The position numbers and the translations under genes were made by a program. From assembly GCA_051294905.1 (NCBI GenBank), contig CM119372.1, positions 36,086,001 through 36,150,000 on the forward strand: a stretch of 64,000 bases of DNA, written 5' to 3'. This document shows, piece after piece, positions 51,725-64,000 of the stretch. Source of the DNA: Botryllus schlosseri. Lineage: Eukaryota. The notes below the pieces were generated by a model. It ran no database searches and had not been told where the DNA came from. It saw nothing but the letters and a program-made list of their open reading frames with translations. Within the stretch, counting starts at the first letter, position 1, and the number at the start of each line of letters is the position of its first letter.

Positions 51725-52030
51725 GTGTGATGAAACTATGTGTTAAGTCTGTATGGTCTGAAATGAATTAAAGTAGAAAGCAAGTAGGCTATAATTTTCA
51801 ATATAATATATTAAATGCTGCATTTGTAAAAAAAAAAAGGAAACGTACGACTTAGCCTAGATACAATTCACTTCATACGCGACGTTAAATCTGTAGAACA
51901 GATGATTTTGCAACCTGCATTTCGTTTCTATCGCAGATGTTTGCACTATCGGTGAACTTTTCATTTGACGCTGACATGGTGTCATGTTCAACAAACCGCA
52001 ATATTCTAACTGAAGCAAGACTGCCTGGAA

Positions 52031-52488
52031 TAGCGGAGCGGATCGAAAATTCTCTGGTCCTACTCCGATCCTGTTTTTAAAGCTCTGGTCCGACTCCGGC
52101 CCAACCCCTAGACCGGATTGTAGATATGACCGTAATCCGGTCCGAACAACTGCGATAGTTATTATGTTCTCGCAGGATCGTATTGAAGATTGATTGAAAT
52201 AATGCAAACAAGACATTAAAAACTCCAAGATTGAACCCTTATCTGAAGTAATGATGCCAATTTGGACTTAGCATGTGTTTTTTTTTCGACGAACGTCCCA
52301 CTTTAACTATTGATTCGAGGGTGGAAAAGGGCAAGGCTGTCATATTCTTAGTAAAAAGTACTGATCCGGATCCGATCTGATTCCGGCCGTATCAAATAAA
52401 GTACTGACCCGGCTCCGAACCGGCTCCGGCCAAAAGTGAGAAAATCCGGCCGGATATCTAATGCGGCTCCGGTCAATGCTCCACCCTA
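52031..52488. mobile_element. Degenerate MITE with TCCGG/TCCGA repeats
   Basis: Repeated CTCCGG/GATCCG motifs at both ends; ends GCTCCACCCCTA; left TIR degenerate. Confidence 0.55.
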
Positions 52489-52514
52489 CTGCGTGAACAT
52501 TGGTTCTTATAACA

Positions 52515-53045
52515 AGAAGTAAGTGCCACTGTGATTGTGGCTACGTGGAACGAACGTCAAAACGTCTGCAGGAACGGATAAACCAGCATGTCCCCAGATT
52601 TATCAGAACACGTGCATCACGCTCAGTGAAAAGCTCACCCTTAACTCATCCGCTTAAGATTGATGCTGATCGATCAAAGGCCATTAATTCTGCCATCGGC
52701 AAACATCTGTTAGATAATCCGATTTGTGCGAATAATTATCAAGACGACCGATTTCGAATCGTTGGGCGGGGCCGTTCACAATTTCATTTGCGTGCCTTGG
52801 AGTCGACTTTTATCAAAATTCACCAAGCAAAACTATGTCAACAAAAGAGTTCCTGTACCACCTAAAATGAGTACATTGAACGCTTTCTCATTCGATATTT
52901 CATGCTGGTGACATCACATTTTGTGATACGATTGTTGATATACAATGTTCTTTCCAATTCTCTACTAGTTGCTGACGATTACCCCTGACGAGTGTCAGCC
53001 GAAAATATTCGGGTTCATTTCAATATGAATATACTATTCAATTGT
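52515..53045 (+). mobile_element. Penelope-like element 3' end (GIY-YIG endonuclease and 3' region)
   Basis: KCHCDCGYVERTSKRLQERINQHVP...SAIGKHLLDNPICANNY..DRFRIV...LRALESTFIK...LCQQK is a Penelope-type GIY-YIG; followed by a hammerhead motif. Confidence 0.85.
52981..53014 (+). ncRNA. Minimal type I hammerhead ribozyme (Penelope-associated)
   Basis: ACCC-CUGACGA-G(UGUCAGC)C-GAAA-AUAU-UC^GGGU: both core boxes intact, stem I ACCC/GGGU, palindromic AAUAUU stem III. Confidence 0.72.
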
Positions 53046-55114
53046 ATATTGAAGTTCTGTACCTCCAAGAAGCTCTTCAAATAACAAGAAGCGCACAATG
53101 AAACATTATGATTTAGACAACATTGTCAGAATGAAGCAACACGTTGTGATACCAGCAGTGTATGGACATTGGACACTTCAATATTGTCATACAATATCTG
53201 CTGCTGTTTAACGTTCTTTCTACATTCTTGGCAAGCGACTTGGTAATTACAGACACATTTTACCCGAGAATATAGGAAAGTATCTTTCGTTGTACTACAA
53301 CAAATCCTAATTTTTTCCACCATCATGCGTAATGCAACTACCGGAATTCTTCATAGATCCTGGTTTCGTTAAAATAAAGTTTTTTCACGTAAAAATTTGT
53401 CAGTTTTCAAGTTTTAAGTTTTTTCACGCGAAACTATACTTCGTAATGGCAGAAATTTCCCACCAGAAATGAAGATAAATAGTACAATTCTGACATTATG
53501 TGCGAAGACAACTAATTTTCATAAATGCGGTCAAAATTCTGTCGAAACCAAGTTAGTTAGAAAAATGTCAAAATTACCATTTATTCGATCAGAATCTTCC
53601 GTTTTTAGATAAAAAAAAAAATCTTTCCGCATCCATCGAAATCGCCACTTGGGGCACTCGCGCCAATGCTAAGAACCGCTTATTCATGTCTCGAAGAAAG
53701 GAATCAGTTATACATAGCAGAATGACGTCACATGACATCATAGACACTTATCTAAATTCGTGTTAGCAGGAAATACTTGATAAAAGTTCGTTTTTGCGTG
53801 AACCTGGACCGTTCAGGGTTTTCCAACATCCGTAGTTAGTTACAGGAATTATAGCATGGCATTTCTAATCAAATTCCTGGAATTGGGTTTTCTGATTCAT
53901 GGGATTACTATTCTATTTAGTAAAGCTCGGTTTACCGAGTCACTTCCTCTCGTGATCTGACGACAGATCAGGCTGCATCGCTGCATGTTCTTGAGCGGGC
54001 GTGATGGACTGAATGATGTATATATTGACAATTTCAGCAATTTGCGACGCCAACCGTCCGCGTTAATCGCGCAGACATCTGTGATATACCAGCAAAACTG
54101 AATCACGCTACAAGTAATTTTTTTTCGCAACGTCAAAGGTTTGAACTAATGTAAGTACGTCAAACACCTTCATTTCGTTGCGCTGAGCAATTTCAATTCT
54201 CACCCTAACGCGTGATCACTGGTCACTGATCAGGCATCATACCGTCAGTCGCATGAAATAATTATGGATGGAATAGAAAATTTAACGGATACACAAAACG
54301 TAATAAATACCAAAGCATGTTGTAGAATTTCACAAAAGAACTCAGTAAATAGACATGGATATGAATTCGAGACTGACGTATGTACTTCTTAGGGTCTATA
54401 CCAGGACTTCAACGGTCTTACCAGGGGTCGTGACCCCAATTGGGTAGTTTGGCTGTTCTACGAGGGTCACGGTGACGAAAATTAAATATCATTGACCATT
54501 ACAATAATGCCAATTATCGGGATGAAATTGCCAACTCATTTCTGAAAATGTTAGTTCATTTTTCAAAATGGAAAGCAAACTACCTTTGAAGAATACGAGC
54601 CCAAGAAACAAGGTGTCAATTCAATCAGAGGGTCATTTCAAATCGCCCTTACTATGACGTCAAACCAGTACTATAAACATAAAAGTGTCGGGTGCATAAA
54701 AATCAACAGAAAGAGAATTTTTCCTTCGACGAAAACTACAAGTGACCGGTATTGCTATGTGTTTACAGAATACATACATACACACCCATTCGTGGCGGCC
54801 AGATAACTTATAGCTCGTCAACTGTAGGCTACTTCACGGGGGGCTGAATATAACGTAGCATTACCTGACAATACTTTGATTGGATATGGATAGAAATCGT
54901 CCTAAAAGAACTATAGACGCTGCCATAGTCTCGATAGACGGAGGTTACCGAGTTCATAATTGCATAACATATCGTAAAACATCGACTGAGAGTTTGGTTG
55001 AAGGCGCTGACCATTTTTCAAGTAATCAGAACGCCAGATTGACAGTGGGGTCGTGGAACATTTTCAAATCGAAATTTGGGCCCTGGTCTATGCAATGCCG
55101 GCTACTGTATTATC

Positions 55115-55449
55115 TAGGGTTACCACACGTCCTCTTTTAATTGGATTTGTCTTCTTTTTATACTTCTTTGTAAGTGTCCTCTGAGGACGCCCAAATGTCC
55201 TCTTTTTTTAGAATTCGCCCTCTTTTTTAAAAATTTTGAATAAATGTATGTGAAAATTGGACTGAGATATAGCAAATCAGCACTCAAGCAACGACCGGTG
55301 GGTCTCTAGGAAAGATGACCTTCTATTCAGTCAACCAACTACACACTCGGAGTAAATTCGCCAATTTTACGGGATTTCTCCCGGTATTGTAAGTCTGAAA
55401 ATTTAGAAAAAGTGTTCTCTTTTTAGATTCTCAAAATATGGTAACCCTA
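55115..55449. mobile_element. hAT-type MITE with GTCCTC repeats; related inverted fragment at about 11850-11936
   Basis: TIRs TAGGGTTACCA / TGGTAACCCTA; flanking TATTATC duplicated. Confidence 0.8.
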
Positions 55450-55704
55450 TATTATCGGGATAGTTATAACGTTGTTTCCACTTATATGGTTATGTCGCAA
55501 ACAGGCTAGAGCTTATTTGCGTCCTACACGCCAATCATCACCATTCAAAACTAAGTTTGCGCTGACCAACTCCATTTTACAGCCTTCCGATTGACCGGCT
55601 ATCGCAGAAACTATTTGTTGGAAAATACATTGTCAGACAGCTGACTACTGTGGTATTCTAGTAAAATAGAGATAACACACCGATATTGATATAATATACT
55701 TAGA

Positions 55705-56682
55705 CTAATTGTGAAAGGCGTACATTTTCGTCACGTCCTGCATGAAGTCCGCAATTGTTTTCGGCGGTTCTATCACATGGGTCGCTGTTGGCAGCGGAAT
55801 GGCGCGTTGCATGGGCGGCGCTTCTCTGCCGCATTGATTGCGTCGACATAAACGAATCCACGGAACGAGCCTTGACTTCCAATCGTTCGGGATTAAATTG
55901 GCGCATGTCAAATTGACAATCAAGTCCAAGTGAAACAGCGTAAATCTAACAGCACTAGAGGAGTCCACAAATGATGCCGCCATCACCATATCGGAAGCTA
56001 CGCATATCGCCGAATAGATCGCGACTCTCTTGAATAGTTGCACGTATTTACGGTTTGTCTGGATCTTCGATGTGCGATTGAAATGGATGACTTTTATCAA
56101 GGGATAGATGGATAGAATCAGCAACGGTAACTGAATAGTCAATGGAAATAACATCAAGATGAGAGCCAACGGGATATTATTCCAGTCGCCAAACCCGAAT
56201 ACCCAACCTAACATTAGAGACGCCATCATCACCTCATATATGATAAAATATTTACTGATGAATCTAGTGATATTCGTTGTTAGGTGAACCAAGTAGGGTA
56301 TCCGATAGATCGTTCTCTGCCGTATCCATATAACTCCGTATACCATGAAGATCACTATTACACATACAAGTAGATTCCCATCCGCTAATGAACGTTCAAT
56401 GTTCGGGGAAAAGCAGCTTTCATTTCGTGGAATCGTAGATGTATTAGATGTGCCCGAGACGCATTTCTTGGTGTACGCCAAAAACACCATCTCCATCACT
56501 ACCGAAACAAAAAGTAACGTGCAGCTGGCCGCCAATAGAATGTTTTGAATCAAGCTTCTATTAATCGTACAGTTGCGGCTGACATGCTTCCGAATGAAGT
56601 AAATCCATTGTGTACAGAAAAGGTAGACGGTAAATGCTACAAGTACCGATTCCAAACCAATCGCCACGTCGATATCTGCCAT
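55705..56682 (-). CDS. Orphan 7TM receptor-like protein, paralog 4 (325 aa)
   Basis: Intact ORF; TQWIYF, YGVIWIRQRTIY, HLTTNITRFISK, PLTIQLPLLILSIYPL, NLTCANLIPNDWKSRLVPW. Confidence 0.9.
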   Translation of the reverse strand: MADIDVAIGLESVLVAFTVYLFCTQWIYFIRKHVSRNCTINRSLIQNILLAASCTLLFVSVVMEMVFLAYTKKCVSGTSNTSTIPRNESCFSPNIERSLADGNLLVCVIVIFMVYGVIWIRQRTIYRIPYLVHLTTNITRFISKYFIIYEVMMASLMLGWVFGFGDWNNIPLALILMLFPLTIQLPLLILSIYPLIKVIHFNRTSKIQTNRKYVQLFKRVAIYSAICVASDMVMAASFVDSSSAVRFTLFHLDLIVNLTCANLIPNDWKSRLVPWIRLCRRNQCGREAPPMQRAIPLPTATHVIEPPKTIADFMQDVTKMYAFHN

Positions 56683-57335
56683 TCGAGCTTAATTCGTTAA
56701 AGTCTACGGCTGCTATCAGGGAATCTGTATCAAATGAGACACAATAAATTGATAACGTTCGTCCACCTATGTAGTGTCAATACCAATGTTGAAAGCGGTT
56801 AAACATTTAGTCAAACAATCCCTTTACAGATGCTTCAACATATTATTGGGCTGGCCGTAGTGATTTACTTATGTATGTCGTTTTTGCACTTGGGCCTCAG
56901 TCTTCTATTTCCTGTACAATCAGATAAGCGTTTTGAATAAACGAATCCTAATTTAGTGCTACACACTTTGGTTACCTTTATATAATGAAGCATGTATTTC
57001 TTTTTCGAGAAATTCAATGTAATTTTGCAACAAAGCCAGTTCTCTGAACGATTTGCCTTGTCTTCGTTGTCCATATATAAATATTCTGAATAGTTCTGTT
57101 CTCTGATGTAGAAATTTGGATAAGACATCCTTTCTTTGTCACTCTCTCTATCTATCTTTCTCTCTCGCAGTAAATTCTGATTGAAATTTAGAAAATATAT
57201 ATCATATATATTTAAAGACAAAAATTAGACCGTCACATAACCAAGCATCATATATGAAATTACAAAATCGCATAATAAACATGCTGTCTATTCAACAGCT
57301 AATAACCGCTACATGTAAGATGTATCGATTTAGGG

Positions 57336-58434
57336 CAGGGGTGTCAAACATACGGCCCGCGGGCTGCATCCGGCCCGCCAGACGATTTCATCCGGCCCGC
57401 GAAGTAATTTTGAGTAAATTGAGAAAATGCCTGTATTATCCAGCAGTAGTAATTGTCTAGAGGTTTAGTAAGAAATACATCCATTGAATAATCCTTCAAG
57501 ACAGCAAAGGTCGATTATGTTCATAGGCCGTATCATAACCATCCGACAGCAGTGTTCAAATGTAATTCTGTTCGCCATTAGGAACAAGTCGCTGACATTG
57601 ACACTCAATTGCAGGAAAGCCCAAAAGTGCACACTGAGTTCAGATTTTTATGGAAAAATTGATCAAAAAGTAGTTATTCACAGAAGCGAAAACGCCAATG
57701 CGAAACCGTTGCATATGCATCATGCAGGTTACATGGGGATGTAATAGTTACACAAAATATATCTTTGAAATATCTATGGTTGCACTGATGTATCACTTCT
57801 GACTTCTGACAAAGATTCTTGACCGCCAGAGAAACCTGAATCCCAATAAATAATACAGAAGCAATTCCTACGTCCGCAATTACAGTGAATTATCTTGCAT
57901 TCATCTCAAAGCATTATTATTATTATTATTATTAATGAGGAGTTTTAAGTGGCGCGTGTCGCCGTTTCCGGCCTTGTGCACCACGGACAAAATATGTAAT
58001 CAAGGATCGAGTTTTCGTGCTCTGGGACATAGGGTTAAATTTCAAACTATATAAACTTTCAAACTCAAAGCATACGCAGGGATACCGCCAGAGTACGACT
58101 AAAACAAAGGAAGCATAGAAATATGCCAGCTTATATGGTCGTTAGAGCCACTTTTTAATCGTTAATTACCGTATTCACACCCTATAAAATACCGCATTAA
58201 ATTTTTACCAATTCCATTGTTTGCGCATAAAGGTGTTGCTAGAATAGAATCTCTGTGATCCGCAATATCATGAAATATACAACTGTATATATAGGCTTGA
58301 TAAAATAGGCTACTGGTAAAAAACAGGAGCGTGAATTTTGAAACATTATTTTGGAATCATTTGACTGGTCTAGCCCGCGAGCGATCTGAAGGTTTGAATC
58401 CGGCCCGCGAGGTCAGTTGAGTTTGACACCCCTG
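57336..58434. mobile_element. hAT non-autonomous element
   Basis: TIRs CAGGGGTGTCAAAC / GTTTGACACCCCTG; perfect TSD ATTTAGGG; CGGCCCGC subterminal repeats. Confidence 0.92.
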
Positions 58435-58977
58435 ATTTAGGGCTTTGGGATGAATAAATGCAATCGAGTCACAGTTACTGGAGGTACCGCAGTGAGCCAA
58501 TTCGACCATATCATTGCGTAAAATATGCTAAATCGCTTTTAGGACAGTTTAATTCGGGTGACTGTCACATAAATAGGTGCATTGCAGAAATCAGAGATTT
58601 TGCCAGGATATACAACGCATATGGCTATTGCAGAGTCACGGAGTCGGAAAACGTATGTAAACAAAGAGCTGTTTAAGTGCATTTTATATCAAATCAAACT
58701 TCGTTGTTTCAATTTTGAAATTTTTCCCGTTTTCACCGGCCTATGTATATTAAGTTCTTTCTACAGCAGTTTCCATATCTAAATATAATAGAGGCAGTCC
58801 CATGAAATGCTCCGATACCAATGGTTACTTCACTTTGCTATGAACGAAGTCACAGTGTCGTTTACGCCTACTGAGTTAGTTGACTGATAAATAATCTTGA
58901 CCCCTGTCGAGATGTTTGGGTACGGCACCCCCTACCCTTCGGTATACTCTCATCGTTGATATATGCAATATCTCCGC

Positions 58978-59957
58978 CAGTGGTTCTCAACATTGTGGTC
59001 TTCGCGGTCCACCTTTGGAACGTCACGGACCTCCTTTCAAAATGTAGTTCAAAATTATATCCAAATTATCCTGCAGCTGTCATATTTTTTGCAACTATTA
59101 ACTTTGAGCTAGTGACAAACAACAACAAAACGGATTAAAAAAAAATAACATCATACTATTTATATATAAATTTGAAAGGCTTTAATTATTTCAAAGCGAG
59201 TTCTGTATAGCTGCATTTCTTAAAATGCATGGTCGCGTCTTGAAAATCCGCGCCGTCGATTTGATATGAACGAATACGGAAAATACATTTCCGCATAGAT
59301 ATGTGGTGGCGAATGTAATAATTACGATTGGCGCTTCCTCCGACACCCTTGGGTATGATCGCAACAGCTATAGCACCAATATAGAGTAACATTTTAATGA
59401 ACATATACCGTCCAAACTCTAGTCAGTTCTATCGAGCAGCTCAACTTGGAGGTAAACATCTCTAAACAGTAATATGTTTGTATCAGTGGGCTATTGGCAG
59501 CTAGGTAATTAAAACGAGTTTGCACAGTGGAATACTTCATTTCAGACGGCCATTCTCTTTGTGTGAGTCCTAAAGAGATATGATATTCTTTCTCGCCTGC
59601 ACCATCGAGATGCTTTGGTGACGGAGTTGCGATACGGCCCCATGAGGTCATCTAGTCTGCGCCCCCGTTTTTTTCTCCTCCATGCTATCCGTGATTGCTG
59701 AGCGCCTAGCAGGATAGCTGCGGATACCATTTTTCGAGTCTTTGGTATGACCCGGCCGGGGATCGAACCCACGACCTACCGCTCGAGGAGGAGGCCGGAC
59801 GCATAACGTATAAAGTTTTAGCAGGTATGAAGCAAAACTTCCTCACAAATTCTCTAATTTAAAAAAACAAACCAACTAAGTTATCAACCGTTGTGCAAAT
59901 TTGGAGGTTTCGCGCACCCCTGAAAAGGCTTCGCGGACCCCCGGTTGGGAACCACTG
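58978..59957. mobile_element. hAT MITE hosting a SINE
   Basis: TIRs CAGTGGTTCTCAAC / GTTGGGAACCACTG; TSD ATCTCCGC/ATCTACGC. Confidence 0.85.
59537..59802 (-). mobile_element. tRNA-derived SINE (MetaSINE-like central domain), 5' degenerate
   Basis: Minus strand: B box GGTTCGATCCC then GGGTCATACCAAAGACTCGAAAAATGGTATCCGCAGCTATCCTGCTAGGCGCTCAGCA, resembling the recalled Meta domain. 3' boundary approximate. Confidence 0.7.
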
Positions 59958-61210
59958 ATCTACGCCAATGTTTTAATGGGTGAAGCGTGACAGTTTATCT
60001 GAGATGAAGTATCCATTAGCCCGAATAGAATCAGTGAGCATATCAAAAAATTAGTGTCACGACCCCAGGAAGTATGACTCCATCGCGTGTAACCCACTGT
60101 AATCTGAGAGGTCACATCCATTCCTATACATATCTTATAAGTAGGAAATTCACATAATCGCTCTTTTGGCGATCGATTAGGGCATGTGACCGCCGGAGCG
60201 AGTCGTTCTGATCGTGCTAGTAAAGTAACTCAGCTACAGTCGATTTGAAACATCTCAACGGATGCACTAGACCTACTATATGAGCTCATCACAAACAGAA
60301 TTCCTTAAAAGGTACGCACTTTTGTAAAAATAAAAGCTTCTCTGCGAACACGAGCGAGTATATATACGATTTCATAATGATAATTCAAACCTTAATCACT
60401 TTTGCCTTGCTGTCTAAGCCCTTGTCGATACAAAATATTTTCTTAGTTATAGGTCTGGTAGACTTTGCTTCAGCCTACAGATGTCTCTCCTGGTGACTGG
60501 AACAAATTGTCCTATCATGATCTTATAACAACGTAGTGGTTACATTCTGATAAATTTGCATCCTTTCTATTGTTTGCCTGTTTAGTGCTCAGTCCACCCT
60601 TGTTGTCTGGGATCAATTTTGCACTACTGCACTAAAACATCATTTAGGATTGAATCAGATATAGCTCGCCGTGCTACCTCACGGGGAGATAGGATCATTA
60701 TCTCGTTCAAACCGTTTCCGGGTCAGTCAGTTAGCAGGGACGGTAATTACTCAATTTACTACCGGCATCGGAAGAAATTTCAGTGAGAATTCTCGGAAAT
60801 CGCAAGAATGTTTGGTTACCAAAGTTTATTTCCATTTGATGACTTGAGTTATGACTCGACTAAGTCCGACTCGAGTCGCGATTTGTTAGTGATTTTCCTA
60901 AATATGGAAAATGACTCGACTCGAATTAAGTCAATTTGCGTATCGACTCGACTCGAACTCGAATCATTTCGCATGACTCTAGACTCAGATAACCAAGTCA
61001 GGTATTTCATTGTGACTTCAAACAATGATAAAATAAACACATTTTTTTTATTTCGTCTATCAGTATACCAGTATATGCGGAATACGGCCGGAAACTCTCA
61101 AATGTGAGAGAAATTACTCTATATTATCAATGAGAGCTATTCTATAACATCCAAGCGGAGTTATAAAAAACTGTGTTGACTTGACATGACTTGAACTCGA
61201 TACTGACCAG

Positions 61211-62272
61211 CAAGGGTGGCAATTACTTCCAAGGCAGGCCAAATATGAAGCAAAATAGGTTGGCGGGCCCATCCGAAAGTTCAAACTATATTTCGTGGCG
61301 TATTATATTTGTAAATGAACAACAGAGAATCACATAGATAACGCAAGCTGCTAAGTGGGTGAGTTAAAATTAGGCTATGAGAAGGTAAGGGTTAATTTAC
61401 AAAAATATACTATTTAGTCATTACGAGTAATTATTCAAACCAATGCGAAACATGCAACATTCTCAACTCATTTAACTTCCATTAACCCCATGTCCTTTTT
61501 CCTATGTAGACGGACTAATGTACCAGGGATATTACAAAGCTAGTCTTGCACCCGATCGCTTGTTATTTAGCGTTGTTGTTTTGAGAGCTTCGCTGACAGA
61601 GGCCCTGACATCCCCGAACTCCCGACCTCAGCCAGAAGAGTGTCTGTATTTCACTGCGTTTGTTCTCATAATGCTAATTCGAAATATATCTCTAAACACG
61701 GCGACTTGCTCACCACAAACTAAAATGACGGGTTTTCCTCGGACTCAAGAAAAAAATATTTATTGCTCCAAAGCTTCAATAATGTCGGCCTTAAGCCCCC
61801 AACACTATTGTAACAGGCCTGTTCAGTGTTCATCGTTTTTGGGTGCCTCACGGGGAACTCACGCGCACAGGACTTGTTTTACGGATTATCAATTGAAGAC
61901 GTATGTCCTGACAATTTAAAGCACACACTGTGCAATTTGCAATGTACCAATGGCAACAAACAAGTTTTGAACTATCTGAAAACCATTACTTTTGACTTTA
62001 ATTGTTAAGTCATACTTTGCTATATTGGCATTATTTTGGATCCAAGTAATACATTATATACAACCTATAAGTGGGCTGCGTAATCACTGTTATTGTACAG
62101 ATATGAACAAGCAGGCTTAAACTACAGGCTTAACGCATTTCCGGTTCAGTTTAGAAATCCCATGGTTATAGTTTACACTTAATATTCAAAAGTAGGTTCT
62201 CTGTTCTAAATTCCAGGCTACTTTTCGCAGGCCAGTCAGAATCGCGTTGCGAACAGCACTTTGACAAGTCTG
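61211..62272 (-). mobile_element. Decayed hAT (SPIN/GTF2IRD2-like) element nested in a GACTC-repeat element (about 60830-62420)
   Basis: Minus-strand IFFSxVRGKPVILVCGEQVAVF resembles the N-terminal zinc finger of Charlie/SPIN transposases; near-TSD CTGACCAG/CTGAACAG. Confidence 0.65.
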
Positions 62273-64000
62273 CTGAACAGCAAACTCAATTACTTGGAAT
62301 CGGACTCTAGACTCATCACTGTGACTCGTACTCGAGCCGCTGCTCCCCGACTTGGGCTCGGACTTGATTTGGTGGCGAATTCAAAATTACTCGACATGAC
62401 TCGCCAGTCAAAACTGCCAAAGTAAGGTTACCTTATATGACTCATAATCGTGTTACTTGGTTATAGGCCTGTAACCCTCGTTCACAGTGTGAACGCAAAC
62501 CTAGGATTTATCAAGGGTTTAAGCAATGCTCCTACTCGCCATCTCATCCGTGTAAGGGTAAGTGGTGTCTTATAAAGAGCGTAGAACTGGCCGTGCAATA
62601 CAAGTCGGCAGCTGCGGCTGAAGAAAACCGGCTGGAAATAAAGGACCATAGTAGTCGACAAACACCATGAATACCACGAACAAACAATGGATTCGTGTAT
62701 AGGTAACGGAATGATCGACCGTTCATTCGTTTTAGCTGGTGTTCAACTGTAGCTTGTTGTGGTTGAGCTGGTTGTTTACGACGGCAATCATCGCTATTTC
62801 GTTGGGCTGAGCAACTTCAATTCCGATTCTGACCGGCTACCAAACAATTCACTTAGTACATTTAGACTACTGAAACTTGCGGCTTGGGACGGCTTCGAAA
62901 TTGTATCTGCTTCGAGAAAAAGGCAATCGACTTCAGGTCGTCTTGAGGTTCAACCCGCTAAATACTCCTGCTTTGAGACGGTTGGAGAAGTACATGCACT
63001 TGGAAAGGAATCCCTACTACTATTTCGGCCAATTTTGACACGTATTTCAACCTAGGCTAACAGAGGCTCTCATGCGTGCATTTCCTGTCAACAATATCCA
63101 AGTGATCTCTAGTTTTGGTAATTAGCGACCACGAATTATGAAGCGAATATATGCAATGAAATGACTTGTTCAATTCCCGGGCCGGGATTAATGCGCAAGG
63201 TGTGTTCGCCTTTTCGGAATGGCGTAAATGTATTTCAAGTTTTCACAGCTCTATCGTGAACTGCGTTATCTCCCGACCTATCACACAAATATGACCATAT
63301 GCAATATGTATGTAACGCATATTCGACCCTTTCGCAAGCCGTCTCGTAACGTAACTTCGAGAAGACTCATTGACGAGACGATTTCATCGTGTAAACAGGC
63401 CTTCAGGCTGGAAATTGTAATATTGACGGAACATAAATCAGATCGCATACATAGAAAGTAATAATCAATACGCGTGGCAGCAGTACGAGACGTAGTCAGG
63501 ATATAGTGAAATACCAAGAAGATCGAGTCGTCGCTTAGGGCTAATGTTTTTATGTATATATTTGTAACGCTCAGGAGTCTAGGGCTTCATAATACATTTG
63601 AATAACTTATAGTCAGCTCTAATGTGAACATTCAAAACTTATTTTAACAACAATCGGTATTTCTAAATATAACATGACACATTGTGAAATAAAATATAAA
63701 AGACAAAAGTGCTTTACCACAGATGCGAATAGAACAAGCTCTATTGTGCGATTTTTAAATGACACATGCCATGGCCTGGTTGCACGCTAAAATCAGCAGA
63801 ATATTCTGCTATATATGCGCAAATGACATGGTTAAATCCTGCACGAAGCAACTGGAGCGAACAGCCGAACTATAACTTGAACGAGACACAAGGACGTTTT
63901 TCGCTGTTCGCTCTTCGGGTTCTTGGTTATCATAGCAAGTGCCTAAACATGTTCTGTCAACCGCAGTAGACGCTACGTTTACCCAACGGATTTTCGGGCT

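Noticed and set aside
59745..59802. tRNA-like sequence with a B box
   Set aside because: No complete cloverleaf or A box; it is a SINE head.
62530..63520. Short ORFs in a GC-richer stretch, checked as a possible fifth 7TM remnant
   Set aside because: None of the family motifs was found in the frames I read; no recognisable product.

Overview
AT-rich, transposon-saturated animal (invertebrate-like) genomic DNA; the species cannot be determined from the sequence. Four main contents. (1) A dispersed cluster of four intact, paralogous, single-coding-exon genes on the minus strand (15851-16930, 21705-22871, 34035-34973, 55705-56682). They encode about 310-390 aa seven-transmembrane proteins with GPCR-like N-out/C-in topology but no DRY, CWxP or NPxxY. 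They carry their own motifs (QWxY, WxRQRxxY, HLxxxxTRFxSK, QxPxLxLxxYPL, NLxCxxxIxxDWKxxLVPW), a hypervariable glycosylated first extracellular loop and a splice acceptor just upstream of each ATG. This is a candidate lineage-specific chemoreceptor family and the most interesting system here. (2) A spliced GPx4/PHGPx-type selenoprotein gene missed by the ORF track (+ strand, exons 3018-7278, Sec TGA at 5670, well-formed SECIS at about 9053-9120) that carries a frameshift and stop, so probably a recent pseudogene. (3) Retroelements: an internally deleted Gypsy LTR element with a tRNA-Trp PBS, a 3'-truncated RTE-like LINE, Penelope-like remnants with a minimal hammerhead ribozyme, and a tRNA-derived SINE. 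(4) Many DNA transposon derivatives (hAT MITEs with 8-bp TSDs, Chapaev3-like, piggyBac-like, pogo-like), often nested. All calls were made by eye; no searches were run.
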